DNA of 64,000 bases from Candidatus Hydrogenedentota bacterium (GCA_963745075.1 CAVUWV010000015.1:1-64000), one strand, 5' to 3'. Positions 42,436 to 53,100 are shown, counted from the first letter of the stretch. A program made the numbers and translations. The notes: generated by a model not told the origin, from the letters alone.

Positions 42436-43245
42436 TCAAGAGAAGAACGGATCGTATTCCGCTTCGGCTTCGGGGTTGGGGGTGTTGTCCTCGATCCACT
42501 GTTGGAACGCTTCCGGCTCCAGGACATTTAGGAACCCCCGCATCCGGTAGTGACCAAGCCCGCAGAGTTGGGCGCACGCGATTTCGAAGGTCCGGGTTTC
42601 GTCGCCTTTCAGTTTGCGGTACTGAGCGGTCGACATGGTGGGAACGAACGAGATGTGCGTGCGCACGCCGGGGATGACGTCCTGTTTTACGCGCATCTCC
42701 GGGATGTTGAAACTGTGAATCACATCCTGGGAACTAAGCCACAAAACCACAGGCTTGTTCACCGATACATAGAGCTGGTTCCGCGTGACGATGTCGTCTT
42801 TGCCGTAGGGGTCCTCGCGATCCAGTCCGACGGGGTTGAGTTCATCGTCCACGAACGATGCATCCGTGCGCCCGAACACGCCGTCCTTGCCGGCGTAGTG
42901 AAAATTCCACGCGAACTGTTGCGCCACCACCCGCACTTGTAAAGCCTCATCCTCGTTCGGGACAGCCACAACATAGCGGGACCAGAACGGTATCGACAGG
43001 CCGACGAGCAGGAGTACTTCAATGACGATTACACCCGCTTCAATATAGTAGGTGGCGCGGCTCCGGGCGCCGTCGTGGTTTGCCCGGGGATTTCGGGATT
43101 TCCGGAAGCGGAAGAGCACATACACACCGTAGACAAACCAGCCCATAAAAAGGAGCGCCATGAACACGTGCGTGTAGACCAGGAGGCGGTCGATTTGTGC
43201 ACCGTGCTCCGAGCCCAACACCGGAAGTCCCCACCACTGGCTCAC
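42436..43245 (-). CDS. coxB: Cytochrome c oxidase subunit II (CuA)
   Basis: AQQFAWNFHY, SQDVIHSF, KQDVIPG, CAQLCGLGHYRM; GTG start inferred. Confidence 0.92.
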   Translation of the reverse strand: MSQWWGLPVLGSEHGAQIDRLLVYTHVFMALLFMGWFVYGVYVLFRFRKSRNPRANHDGARSRATYYIEAGVIVIEVLLLVGLSIPFWSRYVVAVPNEDEALQVRVVAQQFAWNFHYAGKDGVFGRTDASFVDDELNPVGLDREDPYGKDDIVTRNQLYVSVNKPVVLWLSSQDVIHSFNIPEMRVKQDVIPGVRTHISFVPTMSTAQYRKLKGDETRTFEIACAQLCGLGHYRMRGFLNVLEPEAFQQWIEDNTPNPEAEAEYDPFFS

Positions 43246-43502
43246 GACAGGTCGGCCTCCATCGGGATGCGCGGTTCCTCGGGCGCTTCGTCCAATGTTG
43301 CCGTCGCACCCTTCATGCGCAGCAAAATCCCAACGGTGACCACACTCATGAATCCGACCACCATGCCGGTTACCGCAAGCAGCGTCAGGATTCCCATGTT
43401 CATCCCCTGGGTCTGCGGCGAGTCGGCGTCGCCGAAGCACGTGGCGCACCCCCACGCAACCGGGGCGAGTAGACAAGCCGTCGTTACGATCAGGCTCTTC
43501 AT
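43242..43502 (-). CDS. Small membrane protein with a CxxC motif in the cox operon
   Basis: Signal-like N-terminus, CATCFG, one TM; overlaps both neighbours by 4 nt. Confidence 0.7.
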   Translation of the reverse strand: MKSLIVTTACLLAPVAWGCATCFGDADSPQTQGMNMGILTLLAVTGMVVGFMSVVTVGILLRMKGATATLDEAPEEPRIPMEADLS

Positions 43503-43702
43503 AGCCAGTGCGTGTCCTTCGTTATTGCAACAAACCGATAGCCGTGGAGGACAAGCGCGCAAAAGACGATCGCGCAACCGATGCCTGCGAATAGATAGCG
43601 TGCGCCAGATTCATCCGCATGTTCCAAGGTCCAAACCCCTGTGGCGGCGCAGAACAGGGCAGCCAACACAACAAACACGGTATGTGCCAACTTCAACGAC
43701 AC
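43499..43702 (-). CDS. Small two-TM protein in the cox operon
   Basis: MSLKLAHTVFV..., two hydrophobic helices, coupled to the next gene. Confidence 0.6.
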   Translation of the reverse strand: MSLKLAHTVFVVLAALFCAATGVWTLEHADESGARYLFAGIGCAIVFCALVLHGYRFVAITKDTHWL

Positions 43703-43723
43703 GGCTTCTCGACCCCTCCCGGT

Positions 43724-44308
43724 TCAAACAAAATAGATTAGAACGAACGTCACAACGGACATGAGACCCAGAAACTGCCAGTACAGCCCCAAACATTCCA
43801 GCCGATTGACATACTGCCGACGGTCCCGCAGCACGAGACCTCTGCCCAGTGTCGCCAGGTAAAACGCAACCAGAACGCCTGCAACGATGTGAAACCGAAG
43901 GAGGCCAGTCAACAGGTAATACATGCCGTAGAAGGTGCTTGTCGCCGCAACGACGCCGCCTGAACCCACGATGCGGTGTTCTATGGCGATCAACAGGATA
44001 GATCCGGCACCAAGCGCTATGGATACCCACAACCAAATCACTTCCCGGTTCTTGGAAGCGCGAACCCAGGCGTTCGCGCCCGCGATTGCCAGCAGGATCA
44101 CGCAGAGCACGTTCGCCGCACCAATTCCGGTAGGCAAGACCGCGCTGCCCTTTGGCCATTCCGTCGCCGCCGTTCGGAGAAAGACGTAGCTCGAGAACAG
44201 CGCGCCGAAAAACATGGTTTCCGCCGCCAGGAAAAGCCACGTACCGACTTTGGCGTTATAGAGCCCCGTATCCGGGCGCGGTTCGCTGGTGTAAGGCACC
44301 GCGCTCAT
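43724..44308 (-). CDS. coxC: Cytochrome c oxidase subunit III (short form)
   Basis: GTWLFLAAETMFFGALFSSY, FYGMYYLLTG, GLYWQF. Confidence 0.85.
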   Translation of the reverse strand: MSAVPYTSEPRPDTGLYNAKVGTWLFLAAETMFFGALFSSYVFLRTAATEWPKGSAVLPTGIGAANVLCVILLAIAGANAWVRASKNREVIWLWVSIALGAGSILLIAIEHRIVGSGGVVAATSTFYGMYYLLTGLLRFHIVAGVLVAFYLATLGRGLVLRDRRQYVNRLECLGLYWQFLGLMSVVTFVLIYFV

Positions 44309-46053
44309 GCTTCCTCCGGCTGCCACTGCGGCGTGAAGTCTTCGGCCTGCCCGGGAACGCTGTATTCGTTGGGTCCGCGATAGGCCTTCACCGGCTGGTC
44401 GAAATTTCCTGCGAATCGCGGCGGTGAGGACGTCTGCCATTCCAGCGTCGTGGCGTCCCACGGGTTCGCCGCAATCTTCGGGCCCCACTTGAGGCTGTAG
44501 AAGAAATTGATGATGAACGGAATCTGTACAACCGCCAGCGCAAAGGCCGAATGGGTAGCGACCTTGTTGAGAAAGAAGATCTCCTGTCCGAAACCGTACG
44601 TGGCGCCGCCATCGTACAACCGCCGCGACACGCCACCCAAGCCCTGCAGCAACATCGGAATGAAGATCGCGTTCATGAACAGCAGCGACGGCCAGAAATG
44701 TACCTTGCCCAAGAAATCGTTCATCTTTCGGCCGGTCACTTTCGGGAACCAGTAGTAGATGCCGGCGAAGATGGCGAACAATGTGCCGGGCGCGACGATG
44801 TAATGAAAGTGGCCGATAACGTAGTACGTATCGTGCAGTTCGATGTTGGTCGCCGACAAGGCCAAGGGCAATCCCGTGAGCCCGCCGATGCCGAACATGG
44901 GTAAAAACGCGAGGGCAAAAAGCATCGGCACCGTAAACCGGATCGACCCGCCCCAAAGGGATACCAGCAACGACGTTGCAAGAATGATGGACGGGATCGA
45001 GATGATCAGCGTCGTAGCTTGGAAGAAGGTGCTGATGGTCGTGCCCATGCCGGTAAGGAACATGTGGTGCGCCCACACGATCATGGACATAAAACCCATG
45101 AACACCGCCGCGCCAACCATGCCCTTATACCCCCAAAGCGGTTTGCGCGTATTGTTCGCGATGATCTCCGCGATGATGCCGAAGGCAGGAAGGATCAGGA
45201 CATACACTTCCGGATGAGCGAGAAACCAGAACAGATGCTGCCACAGCAGCGCGCTTCCGCCTCCGCTCACTTCCAGGGGCTTGCCGGAAACGATGAGCCC
45301 CGACGGCAGGAAGAAGCTCGTGCCTTTCAGCCGATCCATGAGCTGCAAGGCCGCCGCCGCCGCAAGCGGGGGAAAGGCCAAGAGCAGGAGATACGCCGTC
45401 ACCAACTGTCCCCACACAAAGAACGGCAAGCGCATCAGCGTGAGACCTTCCGTGCGAAGCTGGACGACCGTTGTGATGATATTAATCGCCAGGAACAGCG
45501 AGGACAGATACACGAGCGCGATCCCGATAAGCCAGGCAGTCTGACCGCTCAACTCGATCGTCGAGAGGGGCGGATAGCCGGTCCAGCCGGAATTGGCGGG
45601 ACCCTGCGCCGTGAAGAAACTCGCGCCGATAACGATGATTCCGCCGAGGTAGCAGAGATACCCCGCGCGGCTCAGCCGGGGAAAGGCCAGGTTCGGCGCG
45701 CCGACCATGAGCGGGACCAGGTAGGTGCCGAACCCGCCGACCAGCAACGGTACGACGGCGAGAAACACCATGAAGGTGCCGTGCATGGCGCCGAGTTGGT
45801 TGTAGAAATTCGGCAGCATTACGCCGCCGGGCATGCGCAGGTCGTTGTCGCCAAAGAATCGGCCGAGAAGCGGCACGGGTTGTCCCGGATACGCCAACTG
45901 CCACCGCATGAGGAGCACGAAACAGAAGGCGACAAACAGCATCACCAGCGCCGTAAGGCCGTACTGAATGCCGATCACCTTATGGTCGCAGGAAATGACG
46001 CGCCGGAACCAGCCGGCCTGCGGCCGTTCCGAATCGATACTGCTGTTCGTCAT
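44305..46053 (-). CDS. coxA: Heme-copper oxidase subunit I, atypical A-family
   Basis: DHKVIG, MHG, GWTGYPPL, FWFLAHPEVY, WAHHMF, LHDTYYVIGHFHY, SRR. Confidence 0.95.
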   Translation of the reverse strand: MTNSSIDSERPQAGWFRRVISCDHKVIGIQYGLTALVMLFVAFCFVLLMRWQLAYPGQPVPLLGRFFGDNDLRMPGGVMLPNFYNQLGAMHGTFMVFLAVVPLLVGGFGTYLVPLMVGAPNLAFPRLSRAGYLCYLGGIIVIGASFFTAQGPANSGWTGYPPLSTIELSGQTAWLIGIALVYLSSLFLAINIITTVVQLRTEGLTLMRLPFFVWGQLVTAYLLLLAFPPLAAAAALQLMDRLKGTSFFLPSGLIVSGKPLEVSGGGSALLWQHLFWFLAHPEVYVLILPAFGIIAEIIANNTRKPLWGYKGMVGAAVFMGFMSMIVWAHHMFLTGMGTTISTFFQATTLIISIPSIILATSLLVSLWGGSIRFTVPMLFALAFLPMFGIGGLTGLPLALSATNIELHDTYYVIGHFHYIVAPGTLFAIFAGIYYWFPKVTGRKMNDFLGKVHFWPSLLFMNAIFIPMLLQGLGGVSRRLYDGGATYGFGQEIFFLNKVATHSAFALAVVQIPFIINFFYSLKWGPKIAANPWDATTLEWQTSSPPRFAGNFDQPVKAYRGPNEYSVPGQAEDFTPQWQPEEA

Positions 46054-46162
46054 GGGTACCCCTGAGCGTAGCGATCAAAACGAGCGAGAAGGGAGAATCC
46101 ACCAGGAAAGCGGCAATAGTAAAACGATTCCCTGTCCGTGGATCAAATTCACGGCAAAATCG

Positions 46163-46204
46163 AAAGAAAAGGCGGAGGACGACAGAACGGCCATCGTCCT
46201 CCGC
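46163..46204 (-). terminator. Rho-independent terminator
   Basis: gcggaggacga / tcgtcctccgc stem followed on the minus strand by cttttcttt. Confidence 0.7.
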
Positions 46205-46220
46205 GCTAAGAGATGAATTC

Positions 46221-46943
46221 TTATTTGCGTTTCGGACGCTCGAACGTGAAGTCCTGCTTGACCGGAGCGCCCTCGCTAACAGTCACCATCGCGGTCTGGG
46301 CGGGCAACCGCTCGTGCCACGCGGTGATTTCGTATTCGCCCGGCTCCAATCCGTCAATCGTGTAGACGCCGTCCTTTTGCGTGATGTCGTAGAAGGGATT
46401 GTCCAGCACCGCACAGTAAGCGTGCATCCAGCGATGAATGTCGCACTTGATCTCGAAAGGTTTCTCGGCCTTCGGCAGCTTGACCTCGATCTCCTTCAAC
46501 GAGGGCGGCATGGCCCGGTTGAACGGCGTATTGTCCTCCGGCATGCCGTGGACGTTATGCATGATGCCGTCCGGATTGAGGATCTTCAGGGTCTGGTCCG
46601 GGTGTAAGACAAACACCCGCGGTTTGTACTGACATCCCTCCTGGGTCAGGATCACCGGCTCGCTCGGGGCCGGGTACTCCTTGTCCGGAAGCCCCTTCGT
46701 GACGCGCACCAGGATATTCCCCATCGTCTGGCCTTCGCCCAGGACGAGGACTTCATTCACAGGGGGATTGTCTTTGTGCATGGCCGCGCAGGCCGGGTCC
46801 GACGACACGTCGATGGGCGGCAGTTTGGGCACCTCGCCCGAGTATTTCACCACGCCGGTGACGCTGCCCGCCATTGCACTCATCGAAAGAATCAACGCCG
46901 CACACGCGACGATACCGGGAATACGGATTGTGCTTGCGTTCAT
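46221..46943 (-). CDS. Secreted cupredoxin-like / carboxypeptidase-regulatory-like domain protein
   Basis: Signal peptide, QEGCQYKPRV, HNVH, KCDIHRWM, GLEPGEYEITAWHE. Confidence 0.7.
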   Translation of the reverse strand: MNASTIRIPGIVACAALILSMSAMAGSVTGVVKYSGEVPKLPPIDVSSDPACAAMHKDNPPVNEVLVLGEGQTMGNILVRVTKGLPDKEYPAPSEPVILTQEGCQYKPRVFVLHPDQTLKILNPDGIMHNVHGMPEDNTPFNRAMPPSLKEIEVKLPKAEKPFEIKCDIHRWMHAYCAVLDNPFYDITQKDGVYTIDGLEPGEYEITAWHERLPAQTAMVTVSEGAPVKQDFTFERPKRK

Positions 46944-47213
46944 GACCGATTGATACTCCTTACACCTGGAACAACTACTTCGGGTACGCCTTGCAGTGCG
47001 CATAGCGGAAAACCCTAGCAAATGTGGCCACGCCGGTCAAACGGACGGAGCGGAATGATTGGTGCAAGCGTTGGACATCCAAAACGGGGATGGTATTCAA
47101 CTGCCCTCTTGGCATCTCAACATAACAGTGGTACGATGAAGCCGGTGAGCGTCGCTGAATTCCGTTTCGTGGGCTATTCCGCACCTGCGGTGCCTTGGAA
47201 GGAGTTTTTCATC

Positions 47214-47681
47214 ATGGCAAGCGAACCTGGAGAAGCCAGTAAATCCCGGAGGTACTGGATCAGTAATTGGTCGGGGGTATTCCCATATTTCATATCAATA
47301 TTCCTTGTGTTGGTGTTCGCCTCCTGCGATACGATCAATGCTCACCGGATCATTGTAGAACGTCAGAAGGTGCAAGATACGTTCGAGCCGATCCCGGATA
47401 CACTGTTGGTGACCGTGCGAACCACTTTGGAGACTTTCGGCCTAACGCAGACCAGCGTCAGCGATGTGCGGGAAGAGTGGCGTTGGAGGGAACCGGACAA
47501 TCCTCCGGGCCTTTGGGTAAACATTCAACAAATCAATTCATCCTTCGAAATTGGATTGTCCCAGGATCTATTCGGTCCAATTGGTCCGACTGAGAAGTAT
47601 CAGAGGGTCAAGACCGCACTTATCGACGCGGTGGAATCGGTAGTAGGCAAGAATCAGGTGCGAGTCAAGAAAGGTTACTAA
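47214..47681 (+). CDS. Hypothetical (lipo)protein
   Basis: Hydrophobic stretch ending FASC; GGAG RBS; upstream TTGGCA-17-TACGAT (47109-47137). Confidence 0.55.
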   Translation: MASEPGEASKSRRYWISNWSGVFPYFISIFLVLVFASCDTINAHRIIVERQKVQDTFEPIPDTLLVTVRTTLETFGLTQTSVSDVREEWRWREPDNPPGLWVNIQQINSSFEIGLSQDLFGPIGPTEKYQRVKTALIDAVESVVGKNQVRVKKGY

Positions 47682-47760
47682 ACGCGCTCGACCCTTTGGC
47701 CTCACCGACTACCATCCAGTATAGTCCTCGTAAACGAATCTAAACGGGGAGTAGTAACTG

Positions 47761-49836
47761 ATGCGTTTTGTCCTTGTTGTCCTTGTCGGTCTCTTGGTTC
47801 CTCTTGCGGCCTTGGCCGATCCTGCGGAGTCCATTCCAGAGACGGACAAGCGCTGGCTGGTCTATCCCGACGGTATGCCCGAAGAGGCGAACGCCCTCCG
47901 CTTCACGATCGACGCGTGCAGCGAGGCCCTTGCCCAACGCACGGACCCAGCATCAAAGGAGGAATGGGACGCCCGCGCATCGCACGTGCGCACGGCTCTC
48001 GCCCAGGGATTGGGACTCGACCCCATGCCGGAGCGGACTCCTCTGAACGCGCGGGTCACCGGCACGGCAGATCGCGAACTGTACACCATTGAAAATGTGG
48101 TCTTCGAGAGCCGTCCGAACTTCTACGTGACCGCGAACGTCTACATTCCCAAGAACGTGACGTTGCCCGCGTCCGCCATTGTCATTGTGGCCGGACACGA
48201 CATGGACAACGGCAAGAATTGTCCGACCTACCAGATGGCGCATCTCGGTCTCGTGCGCCAGGGATTCATCGTCATGGCCCACGACCCCATCGGTCAGGGC
48301 GAGCGGAAGCTACCCGGCTTCGGCCACGAACTGGGCTACGGCTCGCTGCTTGTGGGGCAGACCAACGAAGGCTACATCGTGTGGGACACGATCCGCGCCA
48401 TCGACTACCTCACCAGCCGTGACGATGTCGATGCCAGCAGTATTGGGCTTTGCGGGAATTCCGGCGGCGGGGAAAACACCTTCTACACGATGCCCTTCGA
48501 CGATCGCATCCGGGTGGGCGGCTCCTTCTCGTTTGTCTGCTCCTACGAGGAGTGGCTGAAACACGGCGGCAATCACTGCATCTGCAACCATTTACCAGGG
48601 ATCGTGCACGAGATGGAGGAATTCGAAATCATCGGACTTAACGCACCGCGCCCGTTCATGTTCGGCAACGGCGCCAAGGACACGATTTTCCCCATCGCGG
48701 GAGTGCGCGAAACCTACGAGCGCATACAGAATCTCTACAGCCTCGTCGCGACCAAAGATCGCGTTCGCAGCGTGGAGGCGGACGAACCGCACGGCTGGTC
48801 GCAGCCCCTGCGCGAGGCCTGTTATGGCTGGATGAATCTCTGGCTGCGCGATGAAGGCAACGGAGATCCGGTGCCGGAACCCAAATACGAAAGCGAAGAC
48901 CCGAAGATCAACGACCTCCTCTGCCTCGACGGCGGGACGATGCCCGAAGGCTACGAAACAGTCGTGACGCTGAACCAGAAGCTTGCAGATGTGCTGCGTG
49001 CAAGATACGCGACGCCTCCCGATTCAAAGGAAGCATGGGAAGCACTTGCTCCAAAGTGGCGCGAAGAGGTGTGGTCCGTCCTGGGTGGGCGGCCCGACCC
49101 GTTCACGCCCACAGCCCGCGTCGTCAATGCGTTCGAGTCGGACGGTCTGCACGTCGAAGTGCTCGCCATCACCACGGAACCGGGGATGGAAGTCGGCGCG
49201 GTCTTCACGCGTCAGGTTGGCGCGAATGGCCCGACGCCCGCTACCGTCTTCATCGGTGGGCACGACGACAAACGCACGGCCATCCTCGAAGGTTACGCCG
49301 CGGACACCGTGAAGAGCGGCAACGCCGTATTGGTGCTCGACCCGCGCGCCACCGGCGAGGCCACGTGGCACGATAACCACATCACAAGCACCGCCATCTG
49401 CCTGGGCCGGCCCATCTTTGCGCAGCAAGTCTGGGATGTCCTCCAGGCCGGTCGCTATCTCGCGGCGCGGGATGACATCATCGACGACGCCGTCATGTGC
49501 CACGGCGTCGACACCGGCGGCGTCATGGCCGTATACGCTGCGGCGCTCGACAATGTCTTCGCCGGAGTTTACGCCGCGGACGTGCTCGCCAGTTATCGAT
49601 ACTTCATCGAAGATGAACAACCCCAGTCGATCACGCTCTGCGTCCCGAGCATCCTGAAGACCATCGACATCCCGCAACTCGTCGCCCTCGCCGCACCGAC
49701 ACCGATACAGATCGACAACCCAGACGGGTATGGCAAACGGCCACTGGACGCCGCCGCCCTTGGCAAGGAATTCACTTTCGCGACAACGACGTATGCGTTG
49801 ATGGGCGTTCAGGATAACATTCAACTCGGATCGTGA
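47761..49836 (+). CDS. Secreted two-domain alpha/beta hydrolase (acetylxylan-esterase-like)
   Basis: FESRPNFYVTANVYIP, AGH, DPIGQGER, CGNSGGG, HCICNHLPG; degenerate second domain. Confidence 0.82.
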   Translation: MRFVLVVLVGLLVPLAALADPAESIPETDKRWLVYPDGMPEEANALRFTIDACSEALAQRTDPASKEEWDARASHVRTALAQGLGLDPMPERTPLNARVTGTADRELYTIENVVFESRPNFYVTANVYIPKNVTLPASAIVIVAGHDMDNGKNCPTYQMAHLGLVRQGFIVMAHDPIGQGERKLPGFGHELGYGSLLVGQTNEGYIVWDTIRAIDYLTSRDDVDASSIGLCGNSGGGENTFYTMPFDDRIRVGGSFSFVCSYEEWLKHGGNHCICNHLPGIVHEMEEFEIIGLNAPRPFMFGNGAKDTIFPIAGVRETYERIQNLYSLVATKDRVRSVEADEPHGWSQPLREACYGWMNLWLRDEGNGDPVPEPKYESEDPKINDLLCLDGGTMPEGYETVVTLNQKLADVLRARYATPPDSKEAWEALAPKWREEVWSVLGGRPDPFTPTARVVNAFESDGLHVEVLAITTEPGMEVGAVFTRQVGANGPTPATVFIGGHDDKRTAILEGYAADTVKSGNAVLVLDPRATGEATWHDNHITSTAICLGRPIFAQQVWDVLQAGRYLAARDDIIDDAVMCHGVDTGGVMAVYAAALDNVFAGVYAADVLASYRYFIEDEQPQSITLCVPSILKTIDIPQLVALAAPTPIQIDNPDGYGKRPLDAAALGKEFTFATTTYALMGVQDNIQLGS

Positions 49837-49925
49837 CGTCCGAGGTTTCCGCAGTGCCATTGTGGCCCAATCTTCGAATTGCCACCGATGAGCAAGTGTC
49901 CTGAACGGCGCTATCACGCTGAAAG

Positions 49926-50002
49926 ATGTAGCGCAGGCGTCTCGCCTGCAAGATTCGGCGGTCCAAACAAATCACGATGGATGCGAGACGCCTGCGCTAC
50001 AT
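49926..50002. repeat. GTAG-type REP doublet (REPIN-like)
   Basis: atGTAGcgcaggcgtctcgc (49926-49945) and its exact reverse complement (49983-50002); internal GCAGGCG-tct-CGCCTGC palindrome. Confidence 0.75.
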
Positions 50003-50029
50003 TCTCGACTCGTGTTGAAGGCCACCGCC

Positions 50030-50058
50030 TTGCACGTGCGTAGCGTACGTGGTAGGCT
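50030..50058 (+). promoter_or_regulatory. Sigma70-like promoter
   Basis: TTGCAC, 17-nt spacer, TAGGCT with TGn extension. Confidence 0.45.
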
Positions 50059-50151
50059 CCCCCCTTTAACGCCTCGAGCTGCAAGAGGCGCCTGGTCGGT
50101 CGCGGTACACGCCGCAGTTACTCACGAATAACGCAAGAGGTGGTTTGATCT

Positions 50152-53100
50152 ATGTACTTGACGAACATCCGTTTGTCGCGCAACGCCGTGCTCGCGGTAT
50201 GCCTCTGCGTTGCGCCGGTATTTGCGGTCGCGCAGGACGCGACGGCTGAAAAGGACAGTGTTGATCGCGATTACAGCGAGGAACTTCCCCGCATCCCGCC
50301 GACGGAACCCCAGGACGCCTTATCGACCTTCAAGGTCCGTCCCGGCTTTCAGATGGAGTTGGTAGCGGCGGAGCCGCTTGTGCGCGATCCCATTGCCATG
50401 GCCTTTGACGAGCAGGGTCGTCTGTTTGTCGTCGAGATGCGCGGCTACTCCGAAGAGCGGGACGAAAACATCGGCGAAATCCGCATGCTGGAGGACATGG
50501 ACGGCGACGGCATCTACGACAAGGCTTCGACCTACGTCGGTGGCCTGGCATGGCCGACGGCCGTAGCCTGCTACGACGGCGGCGTGTTCGTAGGCGTTCC
50601 GCCGGACATCCTCTACTGCAAAGACACGGACGGCGACGGCCAGGCGGACACCAAGGAAGTTGTCTTCACCGGTTTCAACCTCACCAACGTCCAAGGTCTG
50701 TTAAACACTTTTCTCTGGGGCCTCGACGCGCGCATTCACGGCGCTACCAGCAGCTCCGGCGCGGATGTTCGCCCGGCCGATGACCTGTCCCGCTTGCCCA
50801 TCTCGCTCCGCGGCCGCGATTTCAGCTTCGACCCGAAGACACGGGATTTTCGCCCGGAAAGCGGCGGCGGCCAGCACGGCATGAGCTTCAACGACTGGGG
50901 CCGGAAGTTCGTCTGCTCCAACAGCGACCATATCCAGCTCGTCATGTTTGACGACGCCTACATCGATCGCAACCCCTATCTCGCCGCTCCGGGTCCGCGC
51001 GTCAGCATCGCCGTGGACGGGCCGGCGGCGGACGTATTCCGCATCAGCCCCGTCGAGCCGTGGCGCATCGTTCGCACGCGACTCCGGGTTAAGGGACTCG
51101 TTCCAGGTCCGGTCGAAGGCGGCGGAACAGCTGCGGGCTACTTCACCAGCGCCACGGGCATCACGATCTATCGCGGCGACGCCTGGCCCGAGGAATATCG
51201 TGGGAACGCGATCATTGGCGACGTAGGCGGCAACCTCATCCATCGAAAAGTCATCTCGCCCAACGGCGTCGAGCTTTCGGCGCAACGAGCAAAGGGCGAA
51301 GAAAAGGTCGAGTTTATCGCGTCCAAAGATATCTGGTTCCGCCCCGTCCAGTTTGCGAACGGCCCCGATGGCAACTTGTACGTGGCCGACATGTACCGCG
51401 AAGTCATCGAACATCCGGATAGCCTTCCGCCGGTCATCAAGAAGCACCTGGACCTGAACGCCGGACGTGACCGGGGCCGGATCTACCGGATCGTGCCCAC
51501 GGATTTTGAACAACCCACCATCCCCAATCTTGGAGCTGCATCTTCGCAGGATCTCGTGAAGCTCCTCGATCATCCCAACGAATGGCATCGCGAAACGGCC
51601 GCGCGCCTGCTCTACGAACGCGAGGCAAAGGACGTTGCTCCGGACATCCGTAAGTTGTTTGCCAATTCGACGAGTCCCGCCGGCCGCATCCAAGCCCTGC
51701 ACACGCTGGCGAATCTCGGTGCATTGGACCCGGATACCATCTCCAAAGGCCTGAAGGACATTGACTCCCACGTGCGCGAACACGCGGTGCAGCTATCGGA
51801 GCCGCTTCTCCCGGACAACGGCTCCTTGCGGAATCAGGTCATCGCGTTGGCGACCGATCCGGACCTCCTCGTCCAGTACCAGGTCGCGTTCTCGCTCGGT
51901 GAATGCAAGGGCTCGGACCGAAACCGGGCACTGGCTGGCATCGCGAGGCAACACAGCGACGATCGGTGGTTCAAACTGGCGGTGCTGAGTTCGGCTGTCT
52001 ATGGTTCCGGCGAAGTATTCGCCGCGTTGGCGGATGATGCGGACTATCGCGCCAGCGACGCGGGCCGGTCGTTTCTCGAGGATCTCGCGTTGCAGGTCGG
52101 CGCGACGGGACTCGAATCCGACGTGGCCCTTGCGCTGCAACGAATCGATGGATTGCCTTCCGGCGAGGACGCGCTGGCCCAGAATGCCGTTCGCGGACTG
52201 ATCCAGGGTATGAAACAGGCGGGTAAGGGCGGTCAGGCCCAAAGTGTGCTGGCCAAGAGCGAACGGGCCGAAGCATTGCTTGCCCAAATGCTCGCATCGG
52301 CACATGACGTGGCGGGCGACACCGATCAAGTCGTCGCCAAGCGCGTCGACGCGATTCAGACCATGGCATTCGACACGTACGAGAACAGCCGAGACTTGCT
52401 ATTCTCCCTGCTCGACCAACGTCAACCAGTCGAGGTGCAGCGTGCGGCGCTGGCGACTTTGCGGAAATTCGACAATCTCGAAATCGCCAAGGCCATCCTG
52501 GATGCGTGGCCAGGAATGACACCACCCCTGCGGGCCCAGGCCGTCGAAGCGCTCTTCTCCCGCGAGCCGTGGCTGGTCGCCATGTTGGACGCCATCGAGG
52601 ACGGTTCCTTCCGCGCGGCGAACCTGGACTCGGTTCGGGTGCGTTCCCTCTTGGCCTACGACAACGCCGATATTAAGACTCAGGCTCAGGCGGCATTCGC
52701 CGATTATGACTTGGGGTCGCGCCAGGATATCGTGGACGCCTATCAAGATGTGTTGAACATGAAAGGCGATCCCGGGCGTGGCAAGGCCGTGTTCACGGAG
52801 AACTGCAGTAAGTGCCACCGCTTACAGGGTGTTGGCTTCGAAGTGGGTCCGGACCTCTCGACCGTCGCGCAAGCGGGGCCGGACAAGATTCTGACGAACG
52901 TGCTCGATCCCAACCGGGAAGTGAACCCCCAATACGTCAATTACACCATCGATACGACCGATTGGGAATCGCACAGTGGTATCATTGCCTCGGAAACCGC
53001 CACGAGCATTACCCTCAAACGGGCCAATGGCGAGACTGACACGGTGTTGCGCGTGAATATTGAGGACATTAAGAGCGATAATCTGACTATCATGCCGGAG

